A program made the position numbers and the translations under genes. From Acidobacteriota bacterium (GTDB taxonomy: Bacteria > Acidobacteriota > Polarisedimenticolia > Polarisedimenticolales > JAIQFR01), in the NCBI GenBank assembly GCA_041494445.1, contig JBGQAU010000002.1:16793-80792 (forward strand): a stretch of DNA of 64,000 nucleotides. Direction: 5' to 3'. The notes under the pieces were generated by a model. It ran no database searches. It was not told where the DNA came from and worked only from the letters and a program-made list of their open reading frames with translations. Of the stretch, positions 32,920 to 42,135 are shown in pieces; within the stretch, counting starts at the first letter, position 1, and each line of letters starts with the position of its first letter.

Positions 32920-33498
32920 TCAGGACTCGATGACGAACTCGGCCCGGCGGTTCTTCGCCCTCGCGGCGTCGTCGTGGCCGGGATCCACCGGGCGCTCCTT
33001 GCCGTACGAGATGGTCCTGAGGCGCGACGGGTCGATCCCGAGCCCCGCGAGGTAGTCCCTTACCGAAGCCGCACGGCGCTGGCCGAGCGCCAGGTTGTAC
33101 TCCACCGTCCCGCGCTCGTCGCAGTTCCCTTCGACCCTCACGACGCGCCCCGGGTTCGCCTTGAGCCACTCCGCGTTGGCCTGAAGCGTCGCGCGCGTCG
33201 CGTCGGACAGATCGGACTTGTCGTAGTCGAAGTAGACCGTCGACAGAATCTTCTTCCGGTTCAGCTCGTCCACCGTGCTCTCCGCGGCGATGGGCGTCGA
33301 GGAGACCGGCTGGGTCGGGAAGGACTCGGTCACCTCTTTCTTCGGCTCGGCCCCCGGCGGTTGCGCGGGCACGGCCTTGTGCTCGGCCTCGGCGGGCGTC
33401 GCGGCCGGAGAGATCGGCTGCGTCCTCCGGCAGCTCCCCGCCGACAGGAGCGGGACCACGAGCAGAACAGCGCAGAACAGAGCGAGGCGGGAGCGCAT
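32920..33498 (-). CDS. pal: peptidoglycan-associated lipoprotein Pal (OmpA-like domain)
   Basis: Lipobox LLSAGSC. VYFDYDKSDL..., GNCDERGTVEYNLALGQRRA and NRRAEFV motifs. Confidence 0.9.
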   Translation of the reverse strand: MRSRLALFCAVLLVVPLLSAGSCRRTQPISPAATPAEAEHKAVPAQPPGAEPKKEVTESFPTQPVSSTPIAAESTVDELNRKKILSTVYFDYDKSDLSDATRATLQANAEWLKANPGRVVRVEGNCDERGTVEYNLALGQRRAASVRDYLAGLGIDPSRLRTISYGKERPVDPGHDDAARAKNRRAEFVIES

Positions 33499-33614
33499 CG
33501 TGATTCTCCTTCGCGCGCGAGCGCGCCGACCGTTCGAGGTTAACAGAACCCGGTAGCGGGATGCAAGGAAACCCGGGTGACCCCGGGAACGACGTCGACG
33601 AGCCGCCACCCCCC

Positions 33615-34961
33615 TCAGCGGGACCAGTCGGGAGTGTAGGAGTCGCTTCCGCGGGTCAGCTGGCGCACGCCGGTGCCGTCGGCGGCCATGGCGTAGATCT
33701 GCCACGCGCCGGAGCGGTTCGACGCGAACACCAGGTGCCGGCCGTCGCCTGCCCATCTCGGGTCCTCGTTGCTCCCTTCGCCGCGGGTGAGGCGGGTCGA
33801 GGCACCGGTCACGAGGTTCAGCACCACCACGTCGAAGCGCCCCTCGCGGCGCGAGACGAACGCCAGGCGGTCCCCCTTCGGCGACCACGCAGCGGAGTCG
33901 TTGAAGTCCCCCTCGGTGGACACGCGGCGCACGTTGAGCCCCTCCGCGTCCATGATGTAGACCTGGGGGCTGCCGGAGCGATCGGAGGTGAACGCGATCT
34001 CCCGTCCGTTGGGAGAGAAGGACGGCGAGGTCTCGATGCCGGGGGTGTGCGTGAGGCGCGTGTTGCGGCCGGTGCCCAGGTCCACCACGTAGATCTCGGA
34101 GTTCCCGTCGGCGTCCGAGTTGTACACGATCCTCCGCCCGTCCTGCGACCAGGCCGGAGCCGAATTCAGGTCGCCGCCCGCGGTGGCCACGCGGGTCCGG
34201 CGGCCTTCGTTGTCCATGAGGTAGATCGCCGGGCGGCCGCTGCTCCACGAAACGTACGCGAGACGCTCCCCGTCGGGGGACCACGCGGGCGAGAGGTTCA
34301 GCGTCCCGGAGGTCGTGAGCCGGCGGAGCCGGCGCCCGTCGTAGTCCATCAGGTAGATCTCCTTCCCGTCGCCGTGCTTCGAGCAGAACGCGATACGGGA
34401 CAGGGCCACTCCGGGGCGCCCCGTGAAGTGGCGCACGAGGTCGTCGGAGAGCTGATGGGCGATCCGTCGGGCAAGGTCCGTCCCGCCGCCGTAACGGCGG
34501 GCGAACGCCATCGTCCGGCTGGGATTGTCGTAGAGCCTGGCCTCGAGGTCGATCCGGTCCCCCTGGAGGGCGACGCGGCACAACACCAGCGTGTCCGCGC
34601 CGATCGACCGCCAGTCGTCGTAGGGGACCGCGTTCGCCTTCGGGGCGGGCACCAGCCGGTACAACGACGGGTCCACGACGTCGAAGAAGCCGGCGAAGCG
34701 GAGGTCGTCGCGAAGGGTTTCGACGATCTCCTGGGCCGGTCCCGCCGCCGAGGCGGCGGCGTCGGCGGCGGGCAGCGCGATGCGGATCGGTGTGAACCCT
34801 TCGCCGGTGACCACGCCGGTGATCTGGGGCTGGGAGGGTTGCTGGGGCAGCGCCGGTCCCGAGGCGGCGGCGATCGCCGCGACCGCGACGAGGGCGGTGC
34901 TTCGGACGAAGGCGCGTCGAGAGGCGGCCGCGCCGGCACGGGAAAGCGGATCAGGCATCAC
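33615..34961 (-). CDS. tolB: Tol-Pal system beta-propeller protein TolB
   Basis: N-terminal TolB domain plus repeated PAWSPDG/PSFSPNG/AAWSPKG WD40-like blades. Confidence 0.9.
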   Translation of the reverse strand: MMPDPLSRAGAAASRRAFVRSTALVAVAAIAAASGPALPQQPSQPQITGVVTGEGFTPIRIALPAADAAASAAGPAQEIVETLRDDLRFAGFFDVVDPSLYRLVPAPKANAVPYDDWRSIGADTLVLCRVALQGDRIDLEARLYDNPSRTMAFARRYGGGTDLARRIAHQLSDDLVRHFTGRPGVALSRIAFCSKHGDGKEIYLMDYDGRRLRRLTTSGTLNLSPAWSPDGERLAYVSWSSGRPAIYLMDNEGRRTRVATAGGDLNSAPAWSQDGRRIVYNSDADGNSEIYVVDLGTGRNTRLTHTPGIETSPSFSPNGREIAFTSDRSGSPQVYIMDAEGLNVRRVSTEGDFNDSAAWSPKGDRLAFVSRREGRFDVVVLNLVTGASTRLTRGEGSNEDPRWAGDGRHLVFASNRSGAWQIYAMAADGTGVRQLTRGSDSYTPDWSR

Positions 34962-34982
34962 GGGTCCTCGAGCACCTTGCGC

Positions 34983-35777
34983 TCACGGGTTCCCTGGGCT
35001 CCAGCGGAACTCGAAGCGCGCGGCGAACGGCGGCTGTCCCCAGCCGGAGGGGAGCGGGGGCAGCGGGGAAGCGTCCTGGACCGCGCTGAGCGCGGAACGG
35101 TCGAGCGACGGGACCCCGCTGGAGTCGGCGACCTTGACGTTGCGGAGGGTTCCGTCGCGATCCACGTCGAACGTGACCGTCACCGAAAGGGTGCCGCGCA
35201 CGCCTTCCAGCACCGGCCGGATCCAGCGGCTCTGCAAGGACGCGACGACGGTCGCCCGGTACCAGGCGAGCTGGGAATCCACCACGTCCATCGAGAAGAT
35301 GCCGGTACCGCCGGCGGCGCCGACCCCCGGTCCCGCGGGCCCTGGGGATCCTGACGCAGGGCCAGGGGACGCCGGTCCGGGCGGCGGCATCGGGCCGGTG
35401 GTCGGGAGCGGCGGCGCGGTCTTCGGCTGCGGCTTCTCCGTCTTTCCTTCCTTCTTCTTGTTCTTGTTGTTCTTGTCGGCCGCCTTCGCCGGCGGCTTCG
35501 GAGCGTCGAGCCGGACGCCGGACGCCGGAGCCGGCGGCGCGGCATGGGGGGGCGCGGAAGCTCCGCCGCCGGCGGAGGTCCCCGGCGAGGGAAACGGCGC
35601 CGCAAGCCCTACGACCCAGGCGTCGCCGATCGGCGCCGGCCGGTGGTGAAGACCGGGTAAGATCGCCAGCGCGGCGGTGGCGCAGACGTGGACGAAGAGG
35701 GAGCCGGTCACGAAGGGAACCAGCGGGCTTCGCCGGGGCCCGACCCGGATCACCAGCGAGATCCCTCGCCGCGTCAC
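34983..35777 (-). CDS. tolA: TolA/TonB-family energy transducer
   Basis: N-terminal TM helix, Pro/Ala/Lys-rich spacer and a TonB_C-like C-terminus (...TVTFDVDRDGTLRNVKVADSSG...). Sits between tolR and tolB. Confidence 0.7.
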   Translation of the reverse strand: MTRRGISLVIRVGPRRSPLVPFVTGSLFVHVCATAALAILPGLHHRPAPIGDAWVVGLAAPFPSPGTSAGGGASAPPHAAPPAPASGVRLDAPKPPAKAADKNNKNKKKEGKTEKPQPKTAPPLPTTGPMPPPGPASPGPASGSPGPAGPGVGAAGGTGIFSMDVVDSQLAWYRATVVASLQSRWIRPVLEGVRGTLSVTVTFDVDRDGTLRNVKVADSSGVPSLDRSALSAVQDASPLPPLPSGWGQPPFAARFEFRWSPGNP

Positions 35778-36217
35778 GGCTTCCTCTCCCCGGGGATCAC
35801 GAGCGGGACCGTGACCAGCGCCACGCGGGTCACGCCGGCCTTGCGGATCCGGTCCATGACCAGCAGGACCTCTCCGTAGGGGAGGAGCTTGTCCGCGCGG
35901 AGGAACACCGTCTCCCCGGGTCGAGTCGAGGCGAGCGTCTTCATCTGCTGGCCGAGGAGATCGAGGTGGACCGGGCGATCGTTGATTCGGATCCTGCCGT
36001 CGCGGTCGAGAGAGACCACGACCCGAGCCTCCTCCATCTCCGCGGCGGTCTCCGTGGCGGGCAGATCGAGCTTGATGCCGCGCTCCAACATCGGCGCGGC
36101 CACCATCGAGATGATCAGCAGCACGAGCATCACGTCCACGAGGGGTGTGACGTTGATCTCGGCGAGCGCCCTCCGGCCTCCCGACCTGCCGCCCCCACTC
36201 GACACCGAGACGCCCAC
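35774..36217 (-). CDS. tolR: TolR/ExbD biopolymer transport protein
   Basis: INVTPLVDVMLVLLIISMV is a signature helix. The GTG start at 36217 lies 5 nt after the tolQ stop. The listed 35774..36961 ORF overextends upstream. Confidence 0.8.
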   Translation of the reverse strand: MGVSVSSGGGRSGGRRALAEINVTPLVDVMLVLLIISMVAAPMLERGIKLDLPATETAAEMEEARVVVSLDRDGRIRINDRPVHLDLLGQQMKTLASTRPGETVFLRADKLLPYGEVLLVMDRIRKAGVTRVALVTVPLVIPGERKP

Positions 36218-36222
36218 TTGGA

Positions 36223-36909
36223 TCAGGCCCTCCGCCCCTGCACGCGGTGGATGAAGTCGGCGATGAACTCGTCGGTCTTCGCGTCCATGCCGCGAAGCCG
36301 ACCGTGGAAGTGATTGTAGGCGATCACCGCGGGGATCGCGGCGGCGAGGCCGGCGGCGGTCGTGACCAGGGCCTCGGTGATCCCCGGCGCGTACGCCGCG
36401 ATCGACGCGGCGCCCGCGGTGCCGATTCCGTGGAAGGCTTTCATGATCCCCCAGACCGTCCCGAAGAGCCCGATGAAAGGGGTGGCGCTGGCGGTGGTGG
36501 CGAGGAAGCCCAGGCTCCTCTCGAGTCGGGCGGTCTGCACGAGGGCGCTCTTGCGGAGCATCCGGTCGAGCGAGTCCAGCTCGTCTCCCTGGGGCGCTCC
36601 ACCGGGGGGGGGATTGAGGCTGATCTCGCGGAATCCGGCGCGGAACACCTCGGCGAGCGGGCTCTCGCGGAGCGTGGTCGTCGAATCCTGGATCGCGGCG
36701 AGGCCGCCGCCCTTCCTGAACCGCTCGAGGAAGGTCTCGGTCTCCCTCTCGGCCCTCCGGAAAACGCGCAGCCGCTCCGCGATGATCCCCCACGAGACCA
36801 CCGAGAACACCGACAGGACGAGGAGGACGAACCTCCCCATCGCGCCGGAATCGCGGATCAGCGCCCAGATTTCGACTTCGCCGGCCGTCGCGGCGGGAAC
36901 CATGAGCAT
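36223..36909 (-). CDS. tolQ: TolQ/ExbB (MotA/TolQ/ExbB proton channel family)
   Basis: Three TM helices and the GLFGTVWGIM motif. Confidence 0.85.
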   Translation of the reverse strand: MLMVPAATAGEVEIWALIRDSGAMGRFVLLVLSVFSVVSWGIIAERLRVFRRAERETETFLERFRKGGGLAAIQDSTTTLRESPLAEVFRAGFREISLNPPPGGAPQGDELDSLDRMLRKSALVQTARLERSLGFLATTASATPFIGLFGTVWGIMKAFHGIGTAGAASIAAYAPGITEALVTTAAGLAAAIPAVIAYNHFHGRLRGMDAKTDEFIADFIHRVQGRRA

Positions 36910-37098
36910 GCACGACCTCCCGCGCGGCGATCGAGCCCGAGGCTCGCGCGCCGCTCGCCAAGGGTCATGCTAACCGAGGGGGGTGGGGGCGGCAAGACGC
37001 GCGCGGGGTCCGGCCGCGCCTCGACGCGGTTCTCCCGGCCGTGCTAGGATCGCGACTCCGCGCCGATGCGCCCAAAAACGCGCGGTGTCTCCGAGCCG

Positions 37099-38829
37099 AT
37101 GCTCAAGACCCTTCGAATCCGCAACGTCGCCATCATCGAGGATCTCACCGTCGACTTCGGGCCCGGGCTCAACGTGCTGACGGGGGAGACCGGCGCGGGG
37201 AAGTCCATCATCGTGGACGCCCTCGGGCTCGCGGCCGGGGATCGCGGGGACGCGACGCGCGTGCGCACCGGGGCCGAACGGGCCGTCGTCGAGGCGGTGT
37301 TCGCTGCGGGGGCGTCGGCATCGGTCCGCGCGCTCCTGTCGGAGCGCGGACTCGACGACGCGGGGGACGATCTGGTGGTCCGAAGGGAGGTGTCGGCCTC
37401 GGGGGGGAAGGTGTTCCTCAACGGCTCCCCTGCCACCCTGGGCGCCCTTCGGGAGATCGGGGACCGGCTCGTGGAGCTGCACGGCCAGCACGAGCACCAG
37501 GACCTGCTGGAGCCGGACCGCCACCTGGCGCTACTGGACGAGTTCGGCCATCACGACGCGCTGGCGCGATCGGTCGAGGAGGGGTGCGACGCGGTCCTCG
37601 GCGCCCGGGAGCGGCTGGATCGGCTCCGCGCGACGTCCGAAGAATCCCGGTCGCGGGGCGACGACTTGGAGCGGCGGGTCCGAGAGATCGACGCCGCGGC
37701 GCCCGCGCCCGGGGAGTCGGAAAGGCTCGACCGGGAGCGTCGCGTGCTTCAGCACGCGGGGACGCTGGCCCGCCTCCTCGACGAGATGGTGGAGCTGCTC
37801 TACGAGGGCGAACCTTCCGCGGCGTCGCTGGCCGCGGCCGCGGGGCGGCGGGCTTTAGAGGCCGCGTCGGTGGACCCGGCGCTCGAGGAGGCCGCGACGC
37901 GGATCGAGTCGGCGCGGATCGAGCTGCAGGATGCCGGCGCCACGCTCCGGGACTATCGCGAGCAGGCGGATTTCGACCCCGCTCGGCTGGAGGCGGTGGA
38001 GGCGCGCCGCGTGCTCCTGGAGCGGCTGCGCCTGCGGTACGGCGCGGACGAGGAGGCGATCCTCGCCCATCGCGAGGCGTGCGCGCGGGAGCTCGCGACG
38101 CTCAGGGACCTCTGCGGCGAGATCCGGCGGGGGGAGGAAGCGGTCGCGGCCGAGGAGGGGCGGTACCTCGAAGCCGCCGCGGCGCTGGGCCGTGCGCGCC
38201 GCGAGGCGTCGGAGCGCCTGTGCGTCGCGGTGGAGGCGCAGCTTCGGCACCTGGCGCTCGGTCGCGCCGCGTTCTCGGTGCGGTTCTCGGCGGCGAGGGG
38301 TCCTCTCGTCGGATCGGGAGAGCGCGGCGCGGGTCCGCTGGGACGGAGGGGCGCCGAGCGCGCGGAGTTCCTCCTCGCGGCGAATCCCGGCGAAGAAGAG
38401 CGCCCCCTGGCGCGGGTCGCGTCGGGCGGCGAGCTGTCGAGGGTGATGCTCGCCCTCCACTTGGTGCTGGAAGGGGCCGCGGAGGGTCGCGTCCTGGTAT
38501 TCGACGAGGTCGACGCCGGCGTGGCGGGGGCGGTCGCCGACGCCGTGGGGTCGCGGCTCGCGCGGCTCGGCGAGCGGAACCAGGTCCTCTGCGTGACGCA
38601 CCTTCCGCAGGTGGCCGCCCACGCCGATCATCATTACCATGTCCTGAAGCGGGTCACCGCGGGGCGCACGCGCGCCGACGCGCGGCGCCTGGGCGCGCGC
38701 GAGCGGGTCGATGAGCTGGCGCGGATGCTCGGAGGGCGGGAGGTCACCGCCGCCTCGCGCCGGAACGCGGCGGCGCTGCTGGCGGCCGCCGGCGACGGGA
38801 AAAGGCGGTCTCAGAGGAGGGAGGCGTGA
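37099..38829 (+). CDS. recN: DNA repair protein RecN
   Basis: MLKTLRIRNVAIIEDLTVDFGPGLNVLTGETGAGKSII, long coiled coil, and C-terminal SGGELSR...LVFDEVDAGV. Confidence 0.9.
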   Translation: MLKTLRIRNVAIIEDLTVDFGPGLNVLTGETGAGKSIIVDALGLAAGDRGDATRVRTGAERAVVEAVFAAGASASVRALLSERGLDDAGDDLVVRREVSASGGKVFLNGSPATLGALREIGDRLVELHGQHEHQDLLEPDRHLALLDEFGHHDALARSVEEGCDAVLGARERLDRLRATSEESRSRGDDLERRVREIDAAAPAPGESERLDRERRVLQHAGTLARLLDEMVELLYEGEPSAASLAAAAGRRALEAASVDPALEEAATRIESARIELQDAGATLRDYREQADFDPARLEAVEARRVLLERLRLRYGADEEAILAHREACARELATLRDLCGEIRRGEEAVAAEEGRYLEAAAALGRARREASERLCVAVEAQLRHLALGRAAFSVRFSAARGPLVGSGERGAGPLGRRGAERAEFLLAANPGEEERPLARVASGGELSRVMLALHLVLEGAAEGRVLVFDEVDAGVAGAVADAVGSRLARLGERNQVLCVTHLPQVAAHADHHYHVLKRVTAGRTRADARRLGARERVDELARMLGGREVTAASRRNAAALLAAAGDGKRRSQRREA

Positions 38830-39314
38830 AGAGAATCGCTGTCTACCCCGGCACGTTCGATCCCGTCACGAACGGGCACCTGGACCTCGTCGAGCGCGGG
38901 CGCCGGCGGTTCGACCGACTCGTCATGGCGATCCTGAGCAACGAGGAGAAGCAGCCGATGTTCACCCTGGAGGAGCGGATCGGCTTCCTCCGCGAGGCGA
39001 CGTCCCAGTGGCCGGACGTCGAGGTGGCCACGTTCGACGGCCTGCTCGTCGACCACGCCCGGCGCATCGGCGCCTCCGTGATCCTGAGGGGGCTCCGCGC
39101 CGTCTCGGACTTCGAGTACGAGCTGCAGATGGCGATGATGAACCGGCGCCTCGCGCCCGACGTCGAGACGGTGTTTCTCATGCCCAGCGAGGCGTACTCC
39201 TACGTCTCCTCGAGGCTCGTGCGCGAGGTGGCGCGGCTCGGAGGGAACGTCACGGGGCTCGTCCCCGCCGGCGTGGCACGGGCGCTCGCGCGGCGCCACT
39301 CGGAGCGGCGTTGA
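38826..39314 (+). CDS. coaD: phosphopantetheine adenylyltransferase
   Basis: IAVYPGTFDPVTNGHLD and ...SSRLVREV motifs. GTGA overlap with recN. Confidence 0.9.
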   Translation: MKRIAVYPGTFDPVTNGHLDLVERGRRRFDRLVMAILSNEEKQPMFTLEERIGFLREATSQWPDVEVATFDGLLVDHARRIGASVILRGLRAVSDFEYELQMAMMNRRLAPDVETVFLMPSEAYSYVSSRLVREVARLGGNVTGLVPAGVARALARRHSERR

Positions 39315-40609
39315 GCGGCCCGCCCCCCTGCCGCCTGCCGTACGGCAAGGAGGGACTGGATCTCCCGTCCACGCCGTTCCGCCTCGAGACCGTGACGCCC
39401 CCCCGTCCCCCCTCGCCTCCGATCGGCGACGAGGGGATCCGCGAGGCTCTCGCGCGCCCCGTGGCGTCTCCCAGCCTCGCCGAGATCTTTCACGGCGCGC
39501 GCCGCGTGCTGGTGGTGGTTTCCGACGCAACGCGCGCCACCGGCTCGGAACGGTTCCTGCCGCCGCTCGTCGAACGGATCGAGGCAGTGTCGAAGGCCGA
39601 GATCCGATTCGCCGTGGCCAGCGGCATCCATCGCCGGCCGACGCGGGAGGACGTGGAGACGATCCTCGGGCCGCGCCTCGCGGCGGGCCACGAGGTCCTG
39701 CTGCACGATCCCGACGACCGATCCCGCCTCGTGGAGCTGGGCCGGACGCGGGCCGGGACGCCGGTCGCGATCCACGCGGCGGTGCGGGAGCAGGATCGGG
39801 TCGTGCTGACCGGATCGGTGGGCTTCCACTACTACGCCGGCTTCTCCGGAGGGCGGAAGGCGCTCGTTCCCGGCCTCGCCTCGCGGGCCACGGTCACGGC
39901 GAACCACCTCCGCGCGCTCCGCGCCGATGGGACGCGCCACCCGATGGCGCGCGCCGGGCGCCTCGGCGGGAACCCGGTCCACCTGGACATGGCCGACGGG
40001 GCGGCCCTCGTCGGCCCCCATCTCCTGGTCAACTCGGTGCTGGGGGAGGACGGCGCCATCGAGCGGCTGTGGGTCGGCCACTGGCGGAGGGCCCACGAGG
40101 CCGCATGCCGCCACGTGCGGGCGACCCGAAGCGTGAGGGCCCGGCCACGCGATCTCGTGGTCGCCTCCGCGGGCGGCGAGCCCACCGACATCGACCTCAT
40201 CCAGTCGCACAAGGCGTTCGAGGCCGCGATCGGGGCGGTCAAGCCGGGCGGCGCGTTCGTGCTGGTCGCGCGTTGCCGGGAGGGGGCGGGACATGCCGAC
40301 TTCCTCCCGTTCTTCGGGCACGGGAGCGAGGAGGAGATGGTCCGGGCTCTCCGGGAGGACTTCCGCGTCTATCGCCAGACGGCGCTGGCCTGGTACCGCA
40401 AGGCGAAAGCCTGCCGCCTGATCCTCGTCTCCGGCCTCCCCGCGGACACCGTCCGGCTGCTCGGGGCGGAGCCGGCGCGGGACCTGGAGGAGGCGTTCCG
40501 CATCGCTCGCGCCAGCGTGGGAGCGGGATCCCGAGGGTGGGTGCTGGCCCACGGGAGCCGGCTGCTCATCGAGGGGGACGCTCCCGGCGAATCGGCGGCC
40601 GCGGCGTGA
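39311..40609 (+). CDS. LarA-like (DUF2088, lactate racemase N-terminal domain) protein
   Basis: GSVGFHYYAGFSGGRKALVPG and SGIHR motifs characteristic of the LarA family. The proposed TTG start overlaps the coaD stop, so the start is uncertain. Confidence 0.65.
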   Translation: MSGPPPCRLPYGKEGLDLPSTPFRLETVTPPRPPSPPIGDEGIREALARPVASPSLAEIFHGARRVLVVVSDATRATGSERFLPPLVERIEAVSKAEIRFAVASGIHRRPTREDVETILGPRLAAGHEVLLHDPDDRSRLVELGRTRAGTPVAIHAAVREQDRVVLTGSVGFHYYAGFSGGRKALVPGLASRATVTANHLRALRADGTRHPMARAGRLGGNPVHLDMADGAALVGPHLLVNSVLGEDGAIERLWVGHWRRAHEAACRHVRATRSVRARPRDLVVASAGGEPTDIDLIQSHKAFEAAIGAVKPGGAFVLVARCREGAGHADFLPFFGHGSEEEMVRALREDFRVYRQTALAWYRKAKACRLILVSGLPADTVRLLGAEPARDLEEAFRIARASVGAGSRGWVLAHGSRLLIEGDAPGESAAAA

Positions 40610-40659
40610 GCCGGCTCGCGCTTGACCCCCCTCGCGAGCGGCCCCTATACTCGCGATGC

Positions 40660-41970
40660 ATGAGAAGCGTGCTGGTTTTCGCGACGCTCGTGCTCCTCGT
40701 CGCCGCTCCGGCGGCGGCGGCGGAGCCCAAGGTCCGGCTCGTCGATTTCGACGACATCGTCACTCCCGTGAGCGCGGATCGCGTGGTGCACGCCATCGAG
40801 CGGGCCGATCGCGACGGCGAGAGCCTGGTCGTGATCCGGCTGGACACTCCCGGCGGTCTCGTGTCCTCCCTCGAGCGCATCGTCCAGGGCGAACTCCGCG
40901 CGAGGACTCCCGTGGTGGCCTGGGTGGGGCCCGCGGGGGCGAAGGCGGCGTCGGCCGGGTTCCTGATCCTGATCGCCGCGGACGTCGCGGCCATGGCGCC
41001 GGGGACCCACACGGGTGCCGCCGCGGTGATCTCTTCGCTCTTCGGCGCGAATCCCGAGAGCGACGTCGGTCTGAAGAAGGCCTCGAGCGACCTCGCCGCG
41101 CGCGCCCGGACGCTCGCGGAGCACCGGGGCAGGAACGTTGAGGCGTGCGAGAAGGCGGTGCTCTCGGCCGACGCCTACACCGACGGCCAGGCGCTCAAGG
41201 ACAAGGTCATCGATCTCGTCGCGAACGACGTGGACGATCTGCTCCGGCAGCTCGACGGGCGCGAGATCCGGCGGTTCGACGGGAGCGTGACGAAGCTCAC
41301 GACCGCGCACGCTCGCGTCGTGCGGGAAGAGACGACGTTCGGGGAAGAGGTGCTCGGGATTCTCGCGAACCCGGTGGTGGCGTATCTCCTGCTCCTCGTG
41401 GGGCTCGGCGGGCTTTACGTGGAGCTGAGCCACCCGGGGCTGGTGTTTCCAGCGGTGACGGGCGTGCTCTGCCTCCTGCTGTTCGCATTCTCCGCGCAGG
41501 TGCTCCCGGTGTCGGCCGTCGGCATCCTGCTCATCCTGCTGGCGATCGTGCTGTTCATCCTGGAAATCAAGGTCGTCTCCCACGGGATGCTGGCGGTGGG
41601 CGGCCTCGTGTGTCTCGTGGTGGGGTCGCTCATGCTGTTCAGGGGACCGATTCCCGAGATGAGGCTTCCCTTGTTGGCGGTGCTCCCCGCGAGCCTGACC
41701 CTGGCGGCGGCGTGCACGCTCGCGGTCCGGCTTGCGGTGCGCGCTCGGTGGGCGCCCGTCGCCACGGGTGCCGAGGGTTTGAGGGGCGAGATCGGGACCG
41801 CGGTGAGCGACCTCGCTCCCGAGGGAAAGGTCTTCGTTCACGGCGAGATCTGGGACGCGGTGTCCGCGGCCGGTCCGCTGTCGATGAACACGCGCGTCCG
41901 GGTGGTGCGGGTGGAGGCGATGCGTCTGACCGTCGAGCCGGCGGAAAGGTCGCCGGTGGAGGGGGGCTGA
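40660..41970 (+). CDS. nfeD: NfeD-family membrane-bound ClpP-class serine protease
   Basis: Signal peptide, protease domain (IRLDTPGGLVSS, GAKAASAGFLI), multi-TM middle region and a C-terminal OB-like NfeD domain (GKVFVHGEIWDA...). Confidence 0.8.
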   Translation: MRSVLVFATLVLLVAAPAAAAEPKVRLVDFDDIVTPVSADRVVHAIERADRDGESLVVIRLDTPGGLVSSLERIVQGELRARTPVVAWVGPAGAKAASAGFLILIAADVAAMAPGTHTGAAAVISSLFGANPESDVGLKKASSDLAARARTLAEHRGRNVEACEKAVLSADAYTDGQALKDKVIDLVANDVDDLLRQLDGREIRRFDGSVTKLTTAHARVVREETTFGEEVLGILANPVVAYLLLLVGLGGLYVELSHPGLVFPAVTGVLCLLLFAFSAQVLPVSAVGILLILLAIVLFILEIKVVSHGMLAVGGLVCLVVGSLMLFRGPIPEMRLPLLAVLPASLTLAAACTLAVRLAVRARWAPVATGAEGLRGEIGTAVSDLAPEGKVFVHGEIWDAVSAAGPLSMNTRVRVVRVEAMRLTVEPAERSPVEGG

Positions 41971-41971
41971 G

Positions 41972-42094
41972 ATGCTCGGCGTGGAGTTGCCCGTCGGGAT
42001 CCTCGCGGCGCTGCGCTACGCGGAGATCGCCTCGGAGAAGAACTCGACCCTCGTGTTCCCGTTGCCCATCGACCTGATCAAGGGGTTCCTGTAG
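41972..42094 (+). pseudogene. remnant of a stomatin/SPFH (slipin) gene: only the C-terminal ~40 codons remain
   Basis: Translation MLGVELPVGILAALRYAEIASEKNSTLVFPLPIDLIKGFL matches the conserved stomatin C-terminal segment (LRY...AAEKNSTIVFPLPID). It starts 2 nt after the nfeD stop. The SPFH core is absent. Confidence 0.6.
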
Positions 42095-42135
42095 GCGTGA
42101 TCTGAGGCCCCGCGGTCCCAGACGGGAGGAGTCCG

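Noticed and set aside
37041-38714. 557-aa plus-strand ORF overlapping recN in another frame, plus the 42016..43401 minus-strand ORF opposite the GGDEF gene
   Set aside because: The real frames show RecN (Walker A, SMC-like) and GGDEF motifs. These alternatives are Arg/Gly/Ala runs.
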